The notes beneath the pieces were generated by a model. It ran no database searches. It was given only the letters and a program-made list of their open reading frames with translations, and was not told where the DNA came from. DNA of 64,000 bases from a virus (taxonomy: Duplodnaviria > Caudoviricetes), in the IMG/VR virus record IMGVR_UViG_2744054895_000002, positions 14,096 through 78,095 of that record. The stretch is one strand, 5' to 3'. Positions within the stretch are counted from its first letter, which is position 1. Each line of letters opens with the position of its first letter. Both the position numbers and the translations under genes were made by a program. Of the stretch, positions 1-9,623 are shown in pieces.

Positions 1-2
1 GG

Positions 3-854
3 TGGCACGAAGACGACCTCGCCGGGCGCATCCTCGCCACCGAACGGGACGCCTGGCGCGTCATCGACCTGCCGGCTCTGGCCGACAGCCCCGACGACCC
101 ACTCGGCCGGGCACCAGGTGAGCCGCTGTGGCCAGAACGATTCGACGCTGCCCACCACGCCCGAACCCGCAGGCGAGTCGGCGAGCGAGTATGGGGCGCC
201 CTCTACATGCAGAAGCCACGCCCGCCCGAGGGCGGAGTGTGGAAGCGCGAGTGGATCGACACCGCCAGGATCAACGCCGTCCAGTTCTCCGGCCTCGACA
301 TGGCGCGCATCGTAGTGGCTGTGGATCCCGCTGGCGGAGAGTCCACGGTTGGCGACGAGACAGGCGTCATCGGAGTCGGCCGGGACTTCGGTCGACAGCT
401 CTACGTCCTCGCCGACCGGTCTGGCTCCATGGGCGCCAACGACTGGGGCTTGGCCGCGTGCCGCCTCGCGCTGGCACTCAAGGCGGACGCGATCGTGGTC
501 GAGAAGAACTACGGCGGAGACATGGCCAGACAGGTGGTCACCCAGGCATGGGAGCAGCTACGTCGCGAAGGAGCGACCAAGGGCCTGCTCATGCCGATGA
601 TCCTGGAAGTCACCGCCAAGGTCGGCAAACGCCTGCGCGCCGCTCCCGTAGCCCAGCTCTACGAACAGCAGCTCGTCCACCACGTCGGCGAGTACCCCGA
701 GCTGGAAGACCAGATGGTCACCTGGGTCGAAGGCATGGACAGCCCGGATCGCATGGACGCCGCGGTGCATGGTCTGACAGAGCTGGCCGACCCCGACCAG
801 CTCGACACCCTGCCCAGTGACATCGACGACGACCGCTTCGACGGCCGCCGATGA
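3..854 (+). CDS. terL: Terminase large subunit, C-terminal part (5'-truncated by window)
   Basis: Frame open from nt 3 (WHEDDLAGR...); RNase H-like motifs VVAVDPA, VVEKNYGG, SPDRMDA; upstream of portal. Confidence 0.9.
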   Translation, partial: WHEDDLAGRILATERDAWRVIDLPALADSPDDPLGRAPGEPLWPERFDAAHHARTRRRVGERVWGALYMQKPRPPEGGVWKREWIDTARINAVQFSGLDMARIVVAVDPAGGESTVGDETGVIGVGRDFGRQLYVLADRSGSMGANDWGLAACRLALALKADAIVVEKNYGGDMARQVVTQAWEQLRREGATKGLLMPMILEVTAKVGKRLRAAPVAQLYEQQLVHHVGEYPELEDQMVTWVEGMDSPDRMDAAVHGLTELADPDQLDTLPSDIDDDRFDGRR

Positions 855-859
855 CTCTC

Positions 860-1804
860 TCACTCCATCTCGGAGAATATTTTCGAGACAGGTAGATAGC
901 AATGGCCCGTCCGGCTGGCGTGCTTCCTCTTGTGGGCGATCAGGTCGTCTAGCCGCATGCGTCGTTCGAGCACAGCCATGAAGTCGTTACCATCCATCGT
1001 GATGAACGGAGTGCTGTAGCTGTACACCTCCAGCGCGTCGGAGGTGAAACCGCTCATGCTGATGTATAGGCCGAGGGTGTTTTTCCCTTTGCGCTCGATG
1101 TTGGCCTTAAAGACGTCCAGCAGTGGCCGACCAATGGCTTTCTTCCACCACTTGGCCTCCAGTACATAGTGATCGGTATCGAACATGAAAGCGCCGTCGA
1201 TCTGCTCATGCTCCAGGATGTATGCCGCCTGGGGCTCCAGGTCATAGAGACCGAACAGCTTGTTGATGAAACCTTCGAAGTCGGTACCGCGTTTGTGGGC
1301 GTCGGTAGCCGCGTGCATCTCGAAGAAGCGTTGCTTCAAGGCTTCATGGTCGCTGCTGAATAGTTGAGCCTCCTTGGCCCTCTCAAGGTTCTCTGCCATG
1401 GTGGCGGCGTGTGCTTCCTGCTCTTGGACGACCTCGCGTTGCTTCTCCGTCCAGTGCTTCAATCCTTCAACTGCAGCTTCAGCTCGGGCGACCATGCCCA
1501 CCCGATCTTCTTGCTGTTCGAGGTTCGGGAACTTCTTCATGTCGGCAATGTCGAGCATCAGGCGGATAGTCAAGTCGCGGTAGCGGGCTTCATTTGCTCG
1601 CAGGAGGTCGACCAGATGGCCGGAAGTCTCGCGCTTCGTCATCCCGAAGTCGAGCCGCGCCAATAGCTCGCTGTGGTCCTGCAACATCCCTCGGAGGTAC
1701 CGCTGAAAGGGCGGTTTATTCCAGAAGATGACCGTCAACGCGTCGGCCAGGGCGATGTAGGCACTCGGGTTGATCGTCTTACTACGGGCGTTGGATTGTG
1801 GCAT
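860..1804 (-). CDS. Mrr-like PD-(D/E)XK restriction endonuclease with N-terminal extra domain
   Basis: RGTDFE...EQIDG...LEAKW and GLYISMSGFT motifs; opposite strand and more AT-rich than phage core. Confidence 0.75.
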   Translation of the reverse strand: MPQSNARSKTINPSAYIALADALTVIFWNKPPFQRYLRGMLQDHSELLARLDFGMTKRETSGHLVDLLRANEARYRDLTIRLMLDIADMKKFPNLEQQEDRVGMVARAEAAVEGLKHWTEKQREVVQEQEAHAATMAENLERAKEAQLFSSDHEALKQRFFEMHAATDAHKRGTDFEGFINKLFGLYDLEPQAAYILEHEQIDGAFMFDTDHYVLEAKWWKKAIGRPLLDVFKANIERKGKNTLGLYISMSGFTSDALEVYSYSTPFITMDGNDFMAVLERRMRLDDLIAHKRKHASRTGHCYLPVSKIFSEME

Positions 1805-2074
1805 CGTCCCCCACCTCCGCTGACCTTCATGCACACACAGTCGTGATCTCAACACGATAGCGTGATGTTGCCCGTTGGGGTGCATCTGCACACGTCTTGA
1901 TCCCCCCCCACCACCTCGTGTGGCGAGGGTTCCCGCCGACCGCGTTGCCGCCGATCAGAGCTCAGTCATGGGCAGTCGGTGGCCCAAGCCCATGTCTGTT
2001 CAGCCCGAAAACGGCCCCAAGAGAAAACGGTCTTGGCTCCTCGGTAGCCTCCGCCTGCTGCTAGCCTCGCAGCC

Positions 2075-2461
2075 ATGGGGAGCAGGGGGAGTTGGGCAGG
2101 AATCCTGTGCACCGCAGCACTCGCGGCCACATGCCTCATGGGCTGTTCCTCCGGGATCAAAGAGCCGACGACAGCCGACCAGCGGGCCGGGCATCTAGAG
2201 CGCGTGCGCGAGACATACCGGCTCGGGCGCAGCGAGGCGCTGGCCTTACAGCGGCAGAAGATCGCCAACGGCACGGCGCCGGCCTACTCCAGCCCGAACG
2301 AGCAGGAGTGCGCCGACCGGTGGGACCAACTCGGCGAGCGCCAGCAGAGTGCAGGCGACCGCGGGGGCTTCTTGTCCGCGTGCTCCTCTTTCCCCGCGCC
2401 GGGACTGCCCGGATACGACGAGGCAGTGGCCGAGGCCAGGGGAAGCGCGCCGACGCCGTAA
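2075..2461 (+). CDS. Putative lipoprotein (moron)
   Basis: Hydrophobic N-terminus ending in lipobox-like LMGC. Confidence 0.55.
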   Translation: MGSRGSWAGILCTAALAATCLMGCSSGIKEPTTADQRAGHLERVRETYRLGRSEALALQRQKIANGTAPAYSSPNEQECADRWDQLGERQQSAGDRGGFLSACSSFPAPGLPGYDEAVAEARGSAPTP

Positions 2462-2655
2462 TCTGCTCTTGGGGCGCGGGCTGACTCTCTGGGTACGGGG
2501 TCAGCAACATCGTCAACGACCCCCTCGGCGGCTGCCAGCCATCGCCTCACATGCTGCCTCTCAAGACGGTTGCGTAAGGGAAATTCCCCGGCAATGTCTG
2601 TCCAACACTGCGATCCTCGTAGCCGATGTGCCGTCATTCCAGGGAGAGAGCAGCC

Positions 2656-3558
2656 GTGTTCGATGAGGAACAGCTCAAAGGCGACGGGCTGAACCATAGC
2701 TTCTGTGCGATGCAGGCTTACCTTGGCGCGGAGACTGACCTGTTCAGTTTGCATGCAGGCATATCTGCTGAGCGGCTCGCCAAAGCATGCCTCGTGCGCC
2801 GCAGCCCTGCTCTTCTTGTGGAGCTGCAGTCCAACGCGTTCAACTCGCTCGCCACCCTTCTAGGGATAGCCGTCGTGGAGCCTCCAGGGCGGCGGGCCAA
2901 GATGAGAACGGTCGGCTTGCAAGTGGCGTTTGCCCGTCTCCAAGCTCTCGGCGTGCAAATCGATGTCTCTAAAGAGGGGTTGGAAAACTTCATTGAGGCG
3001 CGCAACTGGGCAACCCATGGTGGTCCTGGATCCTTCGACCTCGAAGAGACCGCAGCGGACTTCGTGAAAATCGTTGACTCCCTGCTCGATGATCTGCACT
3101 TTGATCGCTACTCCTTCTGGAACGTCCATCTAGCTCAAGCAGACCGACTTAAAGATGGCGCGGAACAGCGGCACCGGGAGCGCGTTCGAAAACTCCTGTC
3201 GGAGGCTGCTGCACGGTTTGAATCACTGAGTGAAACTGAGCGCGATAACTTGCAGACCAGGGCTGCGCTCCTCATGTTCGCGGAGCCCAATCACGTTAGG
3301 TTCGATTGCCCTTCTTGTGGAAATCCGGGTGTGCTCTCGGGCGAATATGGAAGTCTGCGTCCTCTGACAGACGAGAGTGAAGATGGAATCCAGTGGGCAA
3401 TGCTGGAAGTGGAGGAATTTGAATGCTATTGCTGTGGGCTACGTTTAAACGGCAGGTCGGACATATATGCGGGTAACGTCCCCCCGACAGTGACCGTGCC
3501 TCATAACGAGGCCATGGCGCAGGTGTACAGATCAGACTCGGAGATCGAGAACTCGTAG
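2656..3558 (+). CDS. HEPN-like protein with C-terminal Zn ribbon
   Basis: Rx4H motif RNWATH; CPSC...CYCC; GTG start after AGGGAG. Confidence 0.55.
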   Translation: MFDEEQLKGDGLNHSFCAMQAYLGAETDLFSLHAGISAERLAKACLVRRSPALLVELQSNAFNSLATLLGIAVVEPPGRRAKMRTVGLQVAFARLQALGVQIDVSKEGLENFIEARNWATHGGPGSFDLEETAADFVKIVDSLLDDLHFDRYSFWNVHLAQADRLKDGAEQRHRERVRKLLSEAAARFESLSETERDNLQTRAALLMFAEPNHVRFDCPSCGNPGVLSGEYGSLRPLTDESEDGIQWAMLEVEEFECYCCGLRLNGRSDIYAGNVPPTVTVPHNEAMAQVYRSDSEIENS

Positions 3559-3600
3559 ACTGACTGTGATGCGGCGCGGGGTCGTTTGCCTGGAGGGGCT

Positions 3601-5433
3601 GTGGGCCTGCGCGAGCTGATCACCGACGTCTGGAGCTGGCTGGACTACAAGCCAGTCATGGCCGACCCACGCCGACCGGGCCGCAATGCTTGGGCAGAGT
3701 TGACCTCATCCTGGGTTCCTGACGAGGACCTGCGGCGCCTCGCCGCCTACCGCTTGCTGGCAGCGTACGACTCCAACCAGGCCGGCCAGGTCGCCGCGAT
3801 CACCGGGGACGACGAAGCCGGAACCGAGCGGCGCGAACTCGGCGACGCCTCGAAGCTCGTCGACACCGCCCTCGGCTACCTCCTTGGCTCCGAGCAGACC
3901 ATCACGGTCGCGGGAGCGGAGCACGCCGACGATGAACCGACGGACGAAGCCGCCATGGCGCTGGCGGTCCAGGACAAGCTGAGGGCGTGGGCGGAGAAGG
4001 AACTGCTGCCACTGCGCATCCAGCAGGCGGAGCGGACCGCGATCCTGCTGGGCGATGCGGTCTACAGCCTCGCCTGGGACCCGGCGAAGGGCCGAGTCCT
4101 GCTGCGCACATGGGACCCGGGCCTGTACTTCCCGGAGTGGCCGGAGGACGGCGAGCAAGACGGCGCTGAGTTCCCCATGCGTGTACACCTGGCCTGGGAA
4201 CTGCCGGAGGACAAGCGCCGCGGGCTGAAGGCGAGGCTCCGGCGGGTCACTTACGAACTCGGGCCGATCGGTCCGGCCAGCCGACGCGGCACCGCCAAGA
4301 ATGGCAGCGTCGTGCGCGAGTACATCTACGCCGACGACGGCGAACCGATCCTCGTCAAGGGCGATTCCCTTAGCGGAGAGACCGGTGTGATCACCCGAAC
4401 CTACCCGTGGGCTCCGAACCGGCCGACCCCGTGGACGTGCTACCTCACTGACGCCGAATGGGAGTTGGACGACCTCAAGTACTCCGACTTCCTCTACGAA
4501 CTGCCCATGCACAAGGCCACCTATCGAGTCCGATCGGACGGTGAGGTTCTCGATCGGCTTGACCTGATGGTGGACTTCATCCCGCTCGTCCACGTCACCA
4601 ACTCCATCCCGTCCAGCGGTGAGCACTGGGGAAAGCCGACCGTTGCCACCGTCCTCCAGGCCCTGGACGAGCTGTCCGCCACCGACACCGACAGTTCCGG
4701 CGCCTCGGCCACCACCGGCTCGCCGATCATCGGCCTGGCCGGCGCTCGGCTGCCCATCGACCGGGCCACCGGCCAGCCTCTCCCGGTCAAGGTCCGGGCC
4801 GGGACGGTCTGGCAGCTCAACGACAACGGGCGCATGGATGTCCTGGACACCTCTACCCAGCTCGCCGAGTTGCGTGCCCGCGTTGACCACATCCTCGACC
4901 GCATCGCGGCGAACAGCCGTCTCACCGCCGCCGGCCTCGGCACCCTCGACCCCACCGCCCTGCCGTCGGGCTACGCTCTGCAACTTGCCTTGGGTCCGCT
5001 GGACTCGCTAGTCGCCGCTATGCGCCTGGCCCGAACCCACAAGTACGCCGTCCTGCTGCGCATGGTCCAGCGACTCCACCAAGCCGGACAGGCCGAAGGA
5101 TGGCCCGCGGGGGAGTCCCTGCCCACACGTCTCATCTGGGGCCCGCACACCCCGACTGATCGCACCGCCGTCCTCGACGAGGTGGTTAAGGGCGTCGGCG
5201 CTGGAGTGCTGTCCGTGGAGACCGGCGTCCGCATGCTGATGGACGCTGGCTACCCAATAGACGACGCCCAGGAGGAGATCGAGAGAATCCAGAAGCGGGC
5301 CTTCGACGCAGCTGCCCGTCTTGCTGACGCAACTGGGGACAACGGGGCTGTCCGTGCATACCTCGGGCTGCCAGCAGCGGACTCGGAGCTCCCGAAGACG
5401 CCATTGATCCCCGCCGAAGCCCGCGACGAATGA
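3601..5433 (+). CDS. Portal protein
   Basis: ~610 aa after TerL; FIPLVH, PSGYAL and LSVET motifs typical of actinophage portals. Confidence 0.8.
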   Translation: MGLRELITDVWSWLDYKPVMADPRRPGRNAWAELTSSWVPDEDLRRLAAYRLLAAYDSNQAGQVAAITGDDEAGTERRELGDASKLVDTALGYLLGSEQTITVAGAEHADDEPTDEAAMALAVQDKLRAWAEKELLPLRIQQAERTAILLGDAVYSLAWDPAKGRVLLRTWDPGLYFPEWPEDGEQDGAEFPMRVHLAWELPEDKRRGLKARLRRVTYELGPIGPASRRGTAKNGSVVREYIYADDGEPILVKGDSLSGETGVITRTYPWAPNRPTPWTCYLTDAEWELDDLKYSDFLYELPMHKATYRVRSDGEVLDRLDLMVDFIPLVHVTNSIPSSGEHWGKPTVATVLQALDELSATDTDSSGASATTGSPIIGLAGARLPIDRATGQPLPVKVRAGTVWQLNDNGRMDVLDTSTQLAELRARVDHILDRIAANSRLTAAGLGTLDPTALPSGYALQLALGPLDSLVAAMRLARTHKYAVLLRMVQRLHQAGQAEGWPAGESLPTRLIWGPHTPTDRTAVLDEVVKGVGAGVLSVETGVRMLMDAGYPIDDAQEEIERIQKRAFDAAARLADATGDNGAVRAYLGLPAADSELPKTPLIPAEARDE

Positions 5434-5474
5434 GCTGAAACTCCAAGTCTCATAGGGGCGCGTAGCCGATAATC

Positions 5475-6455
5475 GTGCGCATGACGTCCCACCGTCGCTA
5501 CCCCGGCATAGCTCAGTTCCCTCGACCAGTGCCTGTGGACGTGGAGGCGCTGGGCTTTTCCTCAGGAGTGACGATCGGAAGTCACCAGGCCACCATGACT
5601 CTGCCAGTCGTGGAGGGTGACGCCCGGCGCACCCCAGCCCCCGACTGGTTAGGGAGGCTGGACAGACTTGTGGCACCGCCTGGCGTGGCAGGCGAGCCGT
5701 TTCCCCAGGCGCTGCGGCGGGATTTCACAGATGTATGGGGGTTCCGCAGCACGCAGCGTATCTGCTACGTCGAGGCCGTGGCCATTGCGCCGATCCTCGG
5801 TCTTGAGGAAGACGAGCTGGCCGAGCCTGTTCGCGATCTCGGCAATCACTTCTTCAGGTGGTTCCGAATATTTCAGGAATGGGCCTGTGCCTGGAGTGGT
5901 GAGCCGATGCAGGACTTCGATCCCAACCGTCCTTCCGTGGTCCATGTTCTAGATGAGAAGGGGGTGATCACCAGCAACGGTCCGAGACAGCGTGGTGTGT
6001 ACGTCTGGCCAGAGCCCCTCAACAAAGCCCAAGTTGCTGGTGCAATGAGGCGCGCTTCAGCTGGAGAGTGGTTGCCGCCTGAGCATCGCACGCTCCTCGA
6101 TGCGGTCGAAGCCAAGGTTGGGGGAATGCCCCGCAAGGCAGTGATTGACGCGGCTACGGCAGTGGAGGTCGCGCTGGCTGGATATGTCACCCGCGAACTC
6201 ACTAGCAAGGGCATCGACGCTTCCTTCATCGATGAAGTAATCAAGGGCGTCAATGGGTTAGTGAATCTGCACAGCCTCTGCACGGAACTCGACGCGAATC
6301 CGGGAGTGTCCAAGAATAAGCTGGGCGCGCAACTCGCCAACGTTAGGAACAGGGCTGCGCATGCCGGAATAGTTCCCACGCGGGACGAAGAGGTGGCCGC
6401 CATTGGCCATGCAGCAACGATCGTGCACGCCATTACACCTCTACCTGAGGCGTGA
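5475..6455 (+). CDS. Protein with C-terminal HEPN-like domain
   Basis: AVIDAATAVE helix followed by Rx4H motif RNRAAH; inserted between portal and scaffold. Confidence 0.55.
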   Translation: MRMTSHRRYPGIAQFPRPVPVDVEALGFSSGVTIGSHQATMTLPVVEGDARRTPAPDWLGRLDRLVAPPGVAGEPFPQALRRDFTDVWGFRSTQRICYVEAVAIAPILGLEEDELAEPVRDLGNHFFRWFRIFQEWACAWSGEPMQDFDPNRPSVVHVLDEKGVITSNGPRQRGVYVWPEPLNKAQVAGAMRRASAGEWLPPEHRTLLDAVEAKVGGMPRKAVIDAATAVEVALAGYVTRELTSKGIDASFIDEVIKGVNGLVNLHSLCTELDANPGVSKNKLGAQLANVRNRAAHAGIVPTRDEEVAAIGHAATIVHAITPLPEA

Positions 6456-6609
6456 TGGAGCCGTCCGCTCTGTTGTCCAACACCTCAGGTCGCCACCCGA
6501 AGTGAGCTGCCAGCCCGAGTTACGGCCCCATGAGGAAACGGCCCAGTCCGGCTGATCGCTACACTGATCACCGGCGCGGGGGCGCTGGAGACCTGTGGAT
6601 GGTTCACAC

Positions 6610-7296
6610 ATGACGCGCCCCTCGCATCCCAATCCGCTTGCGCCGGTTGGGCACCGCCGTGACGGACGGCCGATCTACCCGATTCTCGGCGCCTCCTCGG
6701 AGGACGACTCCAACAAACCCGAAGGCGATGGCGGTACCCCCAATGGTTCCGTCACGCAGGAGGACCTGTCGCGCCTGCTGGCCCGTGAGAAGACGCAGGG
6801 CGGACGCGCGGCCGTCAAAAAGCTGCTCGGCGAACTCGGCTTCGACAACTCCGAGGCGCTGACCGAGTTCATCACCACCAAGCGCGACGCCGAGCAGGCC
6901 GCGCTGACGGAACTCCAACGGCGGGAGCAGGCCGCCGACGAGAAGCTGAGGTCAGCCGAGGCCCGCGAGGTGCAGGCCGCAGCCAAGGAACGCGTCGCCA
7001 TCCGACGGGCCGCTCTGGCGGGACTCGGCGCTGCTGGTGACGACCTGGCCGACGCGGTGCTCCTCATCGACCGCGCGCTGGACGACCAGCCTGACGCCGA
7101 CGAGGAAGCGGTCGCTGTGGCTGCCGAGCAGTTGAAGGAGCGGCGGCCGGAGCTGTTCGGTCAGAACCGCGAGGGCACACCGCCCGCCCCTGGCGGTTCT
7201 CCCGCCGGCGGCCCGCCGTCGCGCGGCGGTGTACCGCCCAAGCCCGGGGCGGCCGGACTGGAGATGGCCCGGCGTCGAGGATTCGTCACCGGCTGA
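6610..7296 (+). CDS. Capsid scaffolding protein
   Basis: Coiled-coil, Pro/Gly-rich C-terminus, position before head genes. Confidence 0.7.
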   Translation: MTRPSHPNPLAPVGHRRDGRPIYPILGASSEDDSNKPEGDGGTPNGSVTQEDLSRLLAREKTQGGRAAVKKLLGELGFDNSEALTEFITTKRDAEQAALTELQRREQAADEKLRSAEAREVQAAAKERVAIRRAALAGLGAAGDDLADAVLLIDRALDDQPDADEEAVAVAAEQLKERRPELFGQNREGTPPAPGGSPAGGPPSRGGVPPKPGAAGLEMARRRGFVTG

Positions 7297-7373
7297 CCAG
7301 GCTCAACGACGTCATGGCGCACACCATGACCCCACCGGTGGGACAGCCGGACATGGGGACCACGCCCCTCACA

Positions 7374-7439
7374 CCTCCCGTGGACGGTGCCACCGCCAGG
7401 TGAGTACGCGAATCCGATTCGCTTCACGTCCACGGGAGG
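7374..7439 (+). promoter_or_regulatory. Structured leader: 13-bp stem sequestering the RBS of the head decoration gene
   Basis: CCTCCCGTGGACG (7374-7386) is the exact reverse complement of CGTCCACGGGAGG (7427-7439), which contains the GGGAGG RBS. Confidence 0.55.
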
Positions 7440-7445
7440 ACGGCT

Positions 7446-7865
7446 GTGACACTCCAGCCCATCACCACGTCGACGTCGTACACCGCCGACCGGGCCTGGC
7501 TCGCGGCGCTGCACGGCACCGACTCCACCGAGACCATCACGCTCGACATGTCGAAGCTGACCGCTGGCACGCACACTGCGGCCTCGACCGACACCACACA
7601 GCCGTACAGCCGGGTCCTGTCCGGTGTGCCTGTCGGCAAGATCGCCGCGAGCGGCTTGTACGGGGCCTTCGACCCGACGGCTTCCGACGGCCGCCAGAAT
7701 CTCGCCGGTCACGTCTTCGCCGAGGTGCTGTTCGCACCGACCGCAACTAAGGTCCCCGCCGCTCTGCTGTGGCACGGGGTGATCGTCGCTGCGAGGGTCC
7801 CCGGCGGCATCGACGTCACGAAGATCACCCCGTCGGTGACCGGTCCCCAGATCCGGTACGTGTGA
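7446..7865 (+). CDS. Head decoration protein
   Basis: 139 aa immediately before MCP; SGVPVGKIAASGLY pattern. Confidence 0.7.
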   Translation: MTLQPITTSTSYTADRAWLAALHGTDSTETITLDMSKLTAGTHTAASTDTTQPYSRVLSGVPVGKIAASGLYGAFDPTASDGRQNLAGHVFAEVLFAPTATKVPAALLWHGVIVAARVPGGIDVTKITPSVTGPQIRYV

Positions 7866-7878
7866 GAGGCGGCTGACG

Positions 7879-8934
7879 ATGACCATTCAGGACCTGATCA
7901 AGAACGTCGCCGCCCGCGACCTCACGACGTTCGCGCGTGCCATCCCGTCGCAGAAGGACCACCTGCTCACCAGGGAAGGCGGGATCATCCCGACGCTGGA
8001 ACAGGATGAGGTGAAGTGGCGGGTCAAGGACAACGGCCGGTACGTGAACGTCGCGAAGTACCGGGCGTTCGATGCCAGCGTGCCGTTCGCCTCCCGCGAG
8101 GCGTGGCAGACCACGCGTGAGGGCATGCTGCCACCCCTCGGGCAGAAGCTGCTCGTCGGCGAGCAGGAGCAGATCCTGTTGGAGGCGTCCCGCGGTGCGG
8201 ACGAGGACCGGCTGATCGAGCTGCTGTACGACGACACCGAGCGGCACGTCGAGGCGATCCGCTCCCGAGTCGAACTCGCCTGGGGTGACGTCCTGGTCGA
8301 CGGCAAGTTCTCCCTCGTGGCGGAGAACGGGCTGACCACCGAGGTCGACTGGGGCGTGCCGGCGGGCAACCTGCCGACCGCGCCGAAGCTGTGGTCGGAT
8401 CCCACCTCCGACCCGATCAAGGACGAGCTGGCGTGGATCCAGTACCTGGATGATCGTGGCGCGCCGTTCCCCGACATGGTGGTCACCAGTCGTAAGGCGT
8501 TCAGCTTCCTCGCTGCCAACAACGCCTACCGCGCCGCCTACTACGGCTCGGTGAACCCCTCGAACACCCCGACCGCGACGCTCACCCCTCAGCAGATCAA
8601 CGTGGTCCGCGACAACTACGGCCTGCCCTCCATCACCTTCTACAAGGGGCAGGTGCGGGTCGACGGCGTCCAGACCAAGGTGCTCCCGGAGGACCGGTGG
8701 ATCATGTTGCCGCCGGACCGAACGAAGTGGGGTCAGACGATTTTCGGCGTGACGGCCGAGGGCCTGGCTCTGTCGCGCGGTACGAACCCGGAGATCACGA
8801 AGGAGGACCGACCGGGCATCATCATCACCCGCGGTGCGCAGGACGACCCGGTCCAGATCTGGACCAAGGGCGCGGCGGTCGGCATGCCCGTTCTGCATAC
8901 GCCGGACGCTCACATCGTGGCGAAGGTGATCTGA
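7879..8934 (+). CDS. Major capsid protein (lambda gpE-like family)
   Basis: 351 aa; LPPLGQK, DWGVP, WSDPTSDPI, DPVQIW...GMPVL patterns. Confidence 0.85.
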   Translation: MTIQDLIKNVAARDLTTFARAIPSQKDHLLTREGGIIPTLEQDEVKWRVKDNGRYVNVAKYRAFDASVPFASREAWQTTREGMLPPLGQKLLVGEQEQILLEASRGADEDRLIELLYDDTERHVEAIRSRVELAWGDVLVDGKFSLVAENGLTTEVDWGVPAGNLPTAPKLWSDPTSDPIKDELAWIQYLDDRGAPFPDMVVTSRKAFSFLAANNAYRAAYYGSVNPSNTPTATLTPQQINVVRDNYGLPSITFYKGQVRVDGVQTKVLPEDRWIMLPPDRTKWGQTIFGVTAEGLALSRGTNPEITKEDRPGIIITRGAQDDPVQIWTKGAAVGMPVLHTPDAHIVAKVI

Positions 8935-9218
8935 TGAGCCGCCGTCTCGCAGCCGCTGTGCACGTTCAGCACCCGAGCACGCGCGAGTGGATCGTCTTGG
9001 AGCCGGGCGACTCGCCCGACGATGAGCTGGCCGACGAGATCACCAACCCGGATGCCTGGGCGGACGACGGGCCGTCGACCGATTCCGAGGGGCCCGAGTT
9101 GGAGAAGGGCGAGCCGAAATTCTTCGGCTTCACCGCGCCGCCGGAGCCGGAGCACGAGGCCGAACCGACGCCGCCGGCCCCCAGACGGCGCAGGAAGACC
9201 GCCGACGCTGACGCGTAA
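8934..9218 (+). CDS. Small phage protein after capsid
   Basis: ATG overlaps MCP stop; ITNPDAW. Confidence 0.6.
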   Translation: MSRRLAAAVHVQHPSTREWIVLEPGDSPDDELADEITNPDAWADDGPSTDSEGPELEKGEPKFFGFTAPPEPEHEAEPTPPAPRRRRKTADADA

Positions 9219-9289
9219 GAACACGAGACAGCTCAGCCCGTCCTCGCCCGACCGGGACGAGGGCGGGCGACGGGCATCCAGGAGCACTG

Positions 9290-9616
9290 ATGGACCCAAT
9301 CCTTCTCGCCTGGCTGCGCGCGCAGCTCGGCACGGCCACAGACGAACAGGATCTCGTTGCCCGCTACGCACGACTCGGCCAAGCTCGCGCCGTCGCAGCC
9401 GAGGTCCTGGCCGAGCGCCGCGCCAAGCTCCTGGCTGAGCCGCTGCGCATGACGGTCGATGGCGTGGTCACCATCGACCAGAGCAACAACCTCGCCGGCT
9501 TGGAGCGCCAGATCGTGGGCCTCGCCGAGCTCGTCGCCCCAGACGATCCGGCGGCGGGCGAGGCGAGCGCGGACCTGGTCACCGCGCCGCTCATGCCGTC
9601 CCGTCGCACAAGGTAG
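9290..9616 (+). CDS. Putative head-tail connector
   Basis: 108 aa helical protein, AGGAG RBS, synteny. Confidence 0.5.
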   Translation: MDPILLAWLRAQLGTATDEQDLVARYARLGQARAVAAEVLAERRAKLLAEPLRMTVDGVVTIDQSNNLAGLERQIVGLAELVAPDDPAAGEASADLVTAPLMPSRRTR

Positions 9617-9623
9617 AGCCGCT

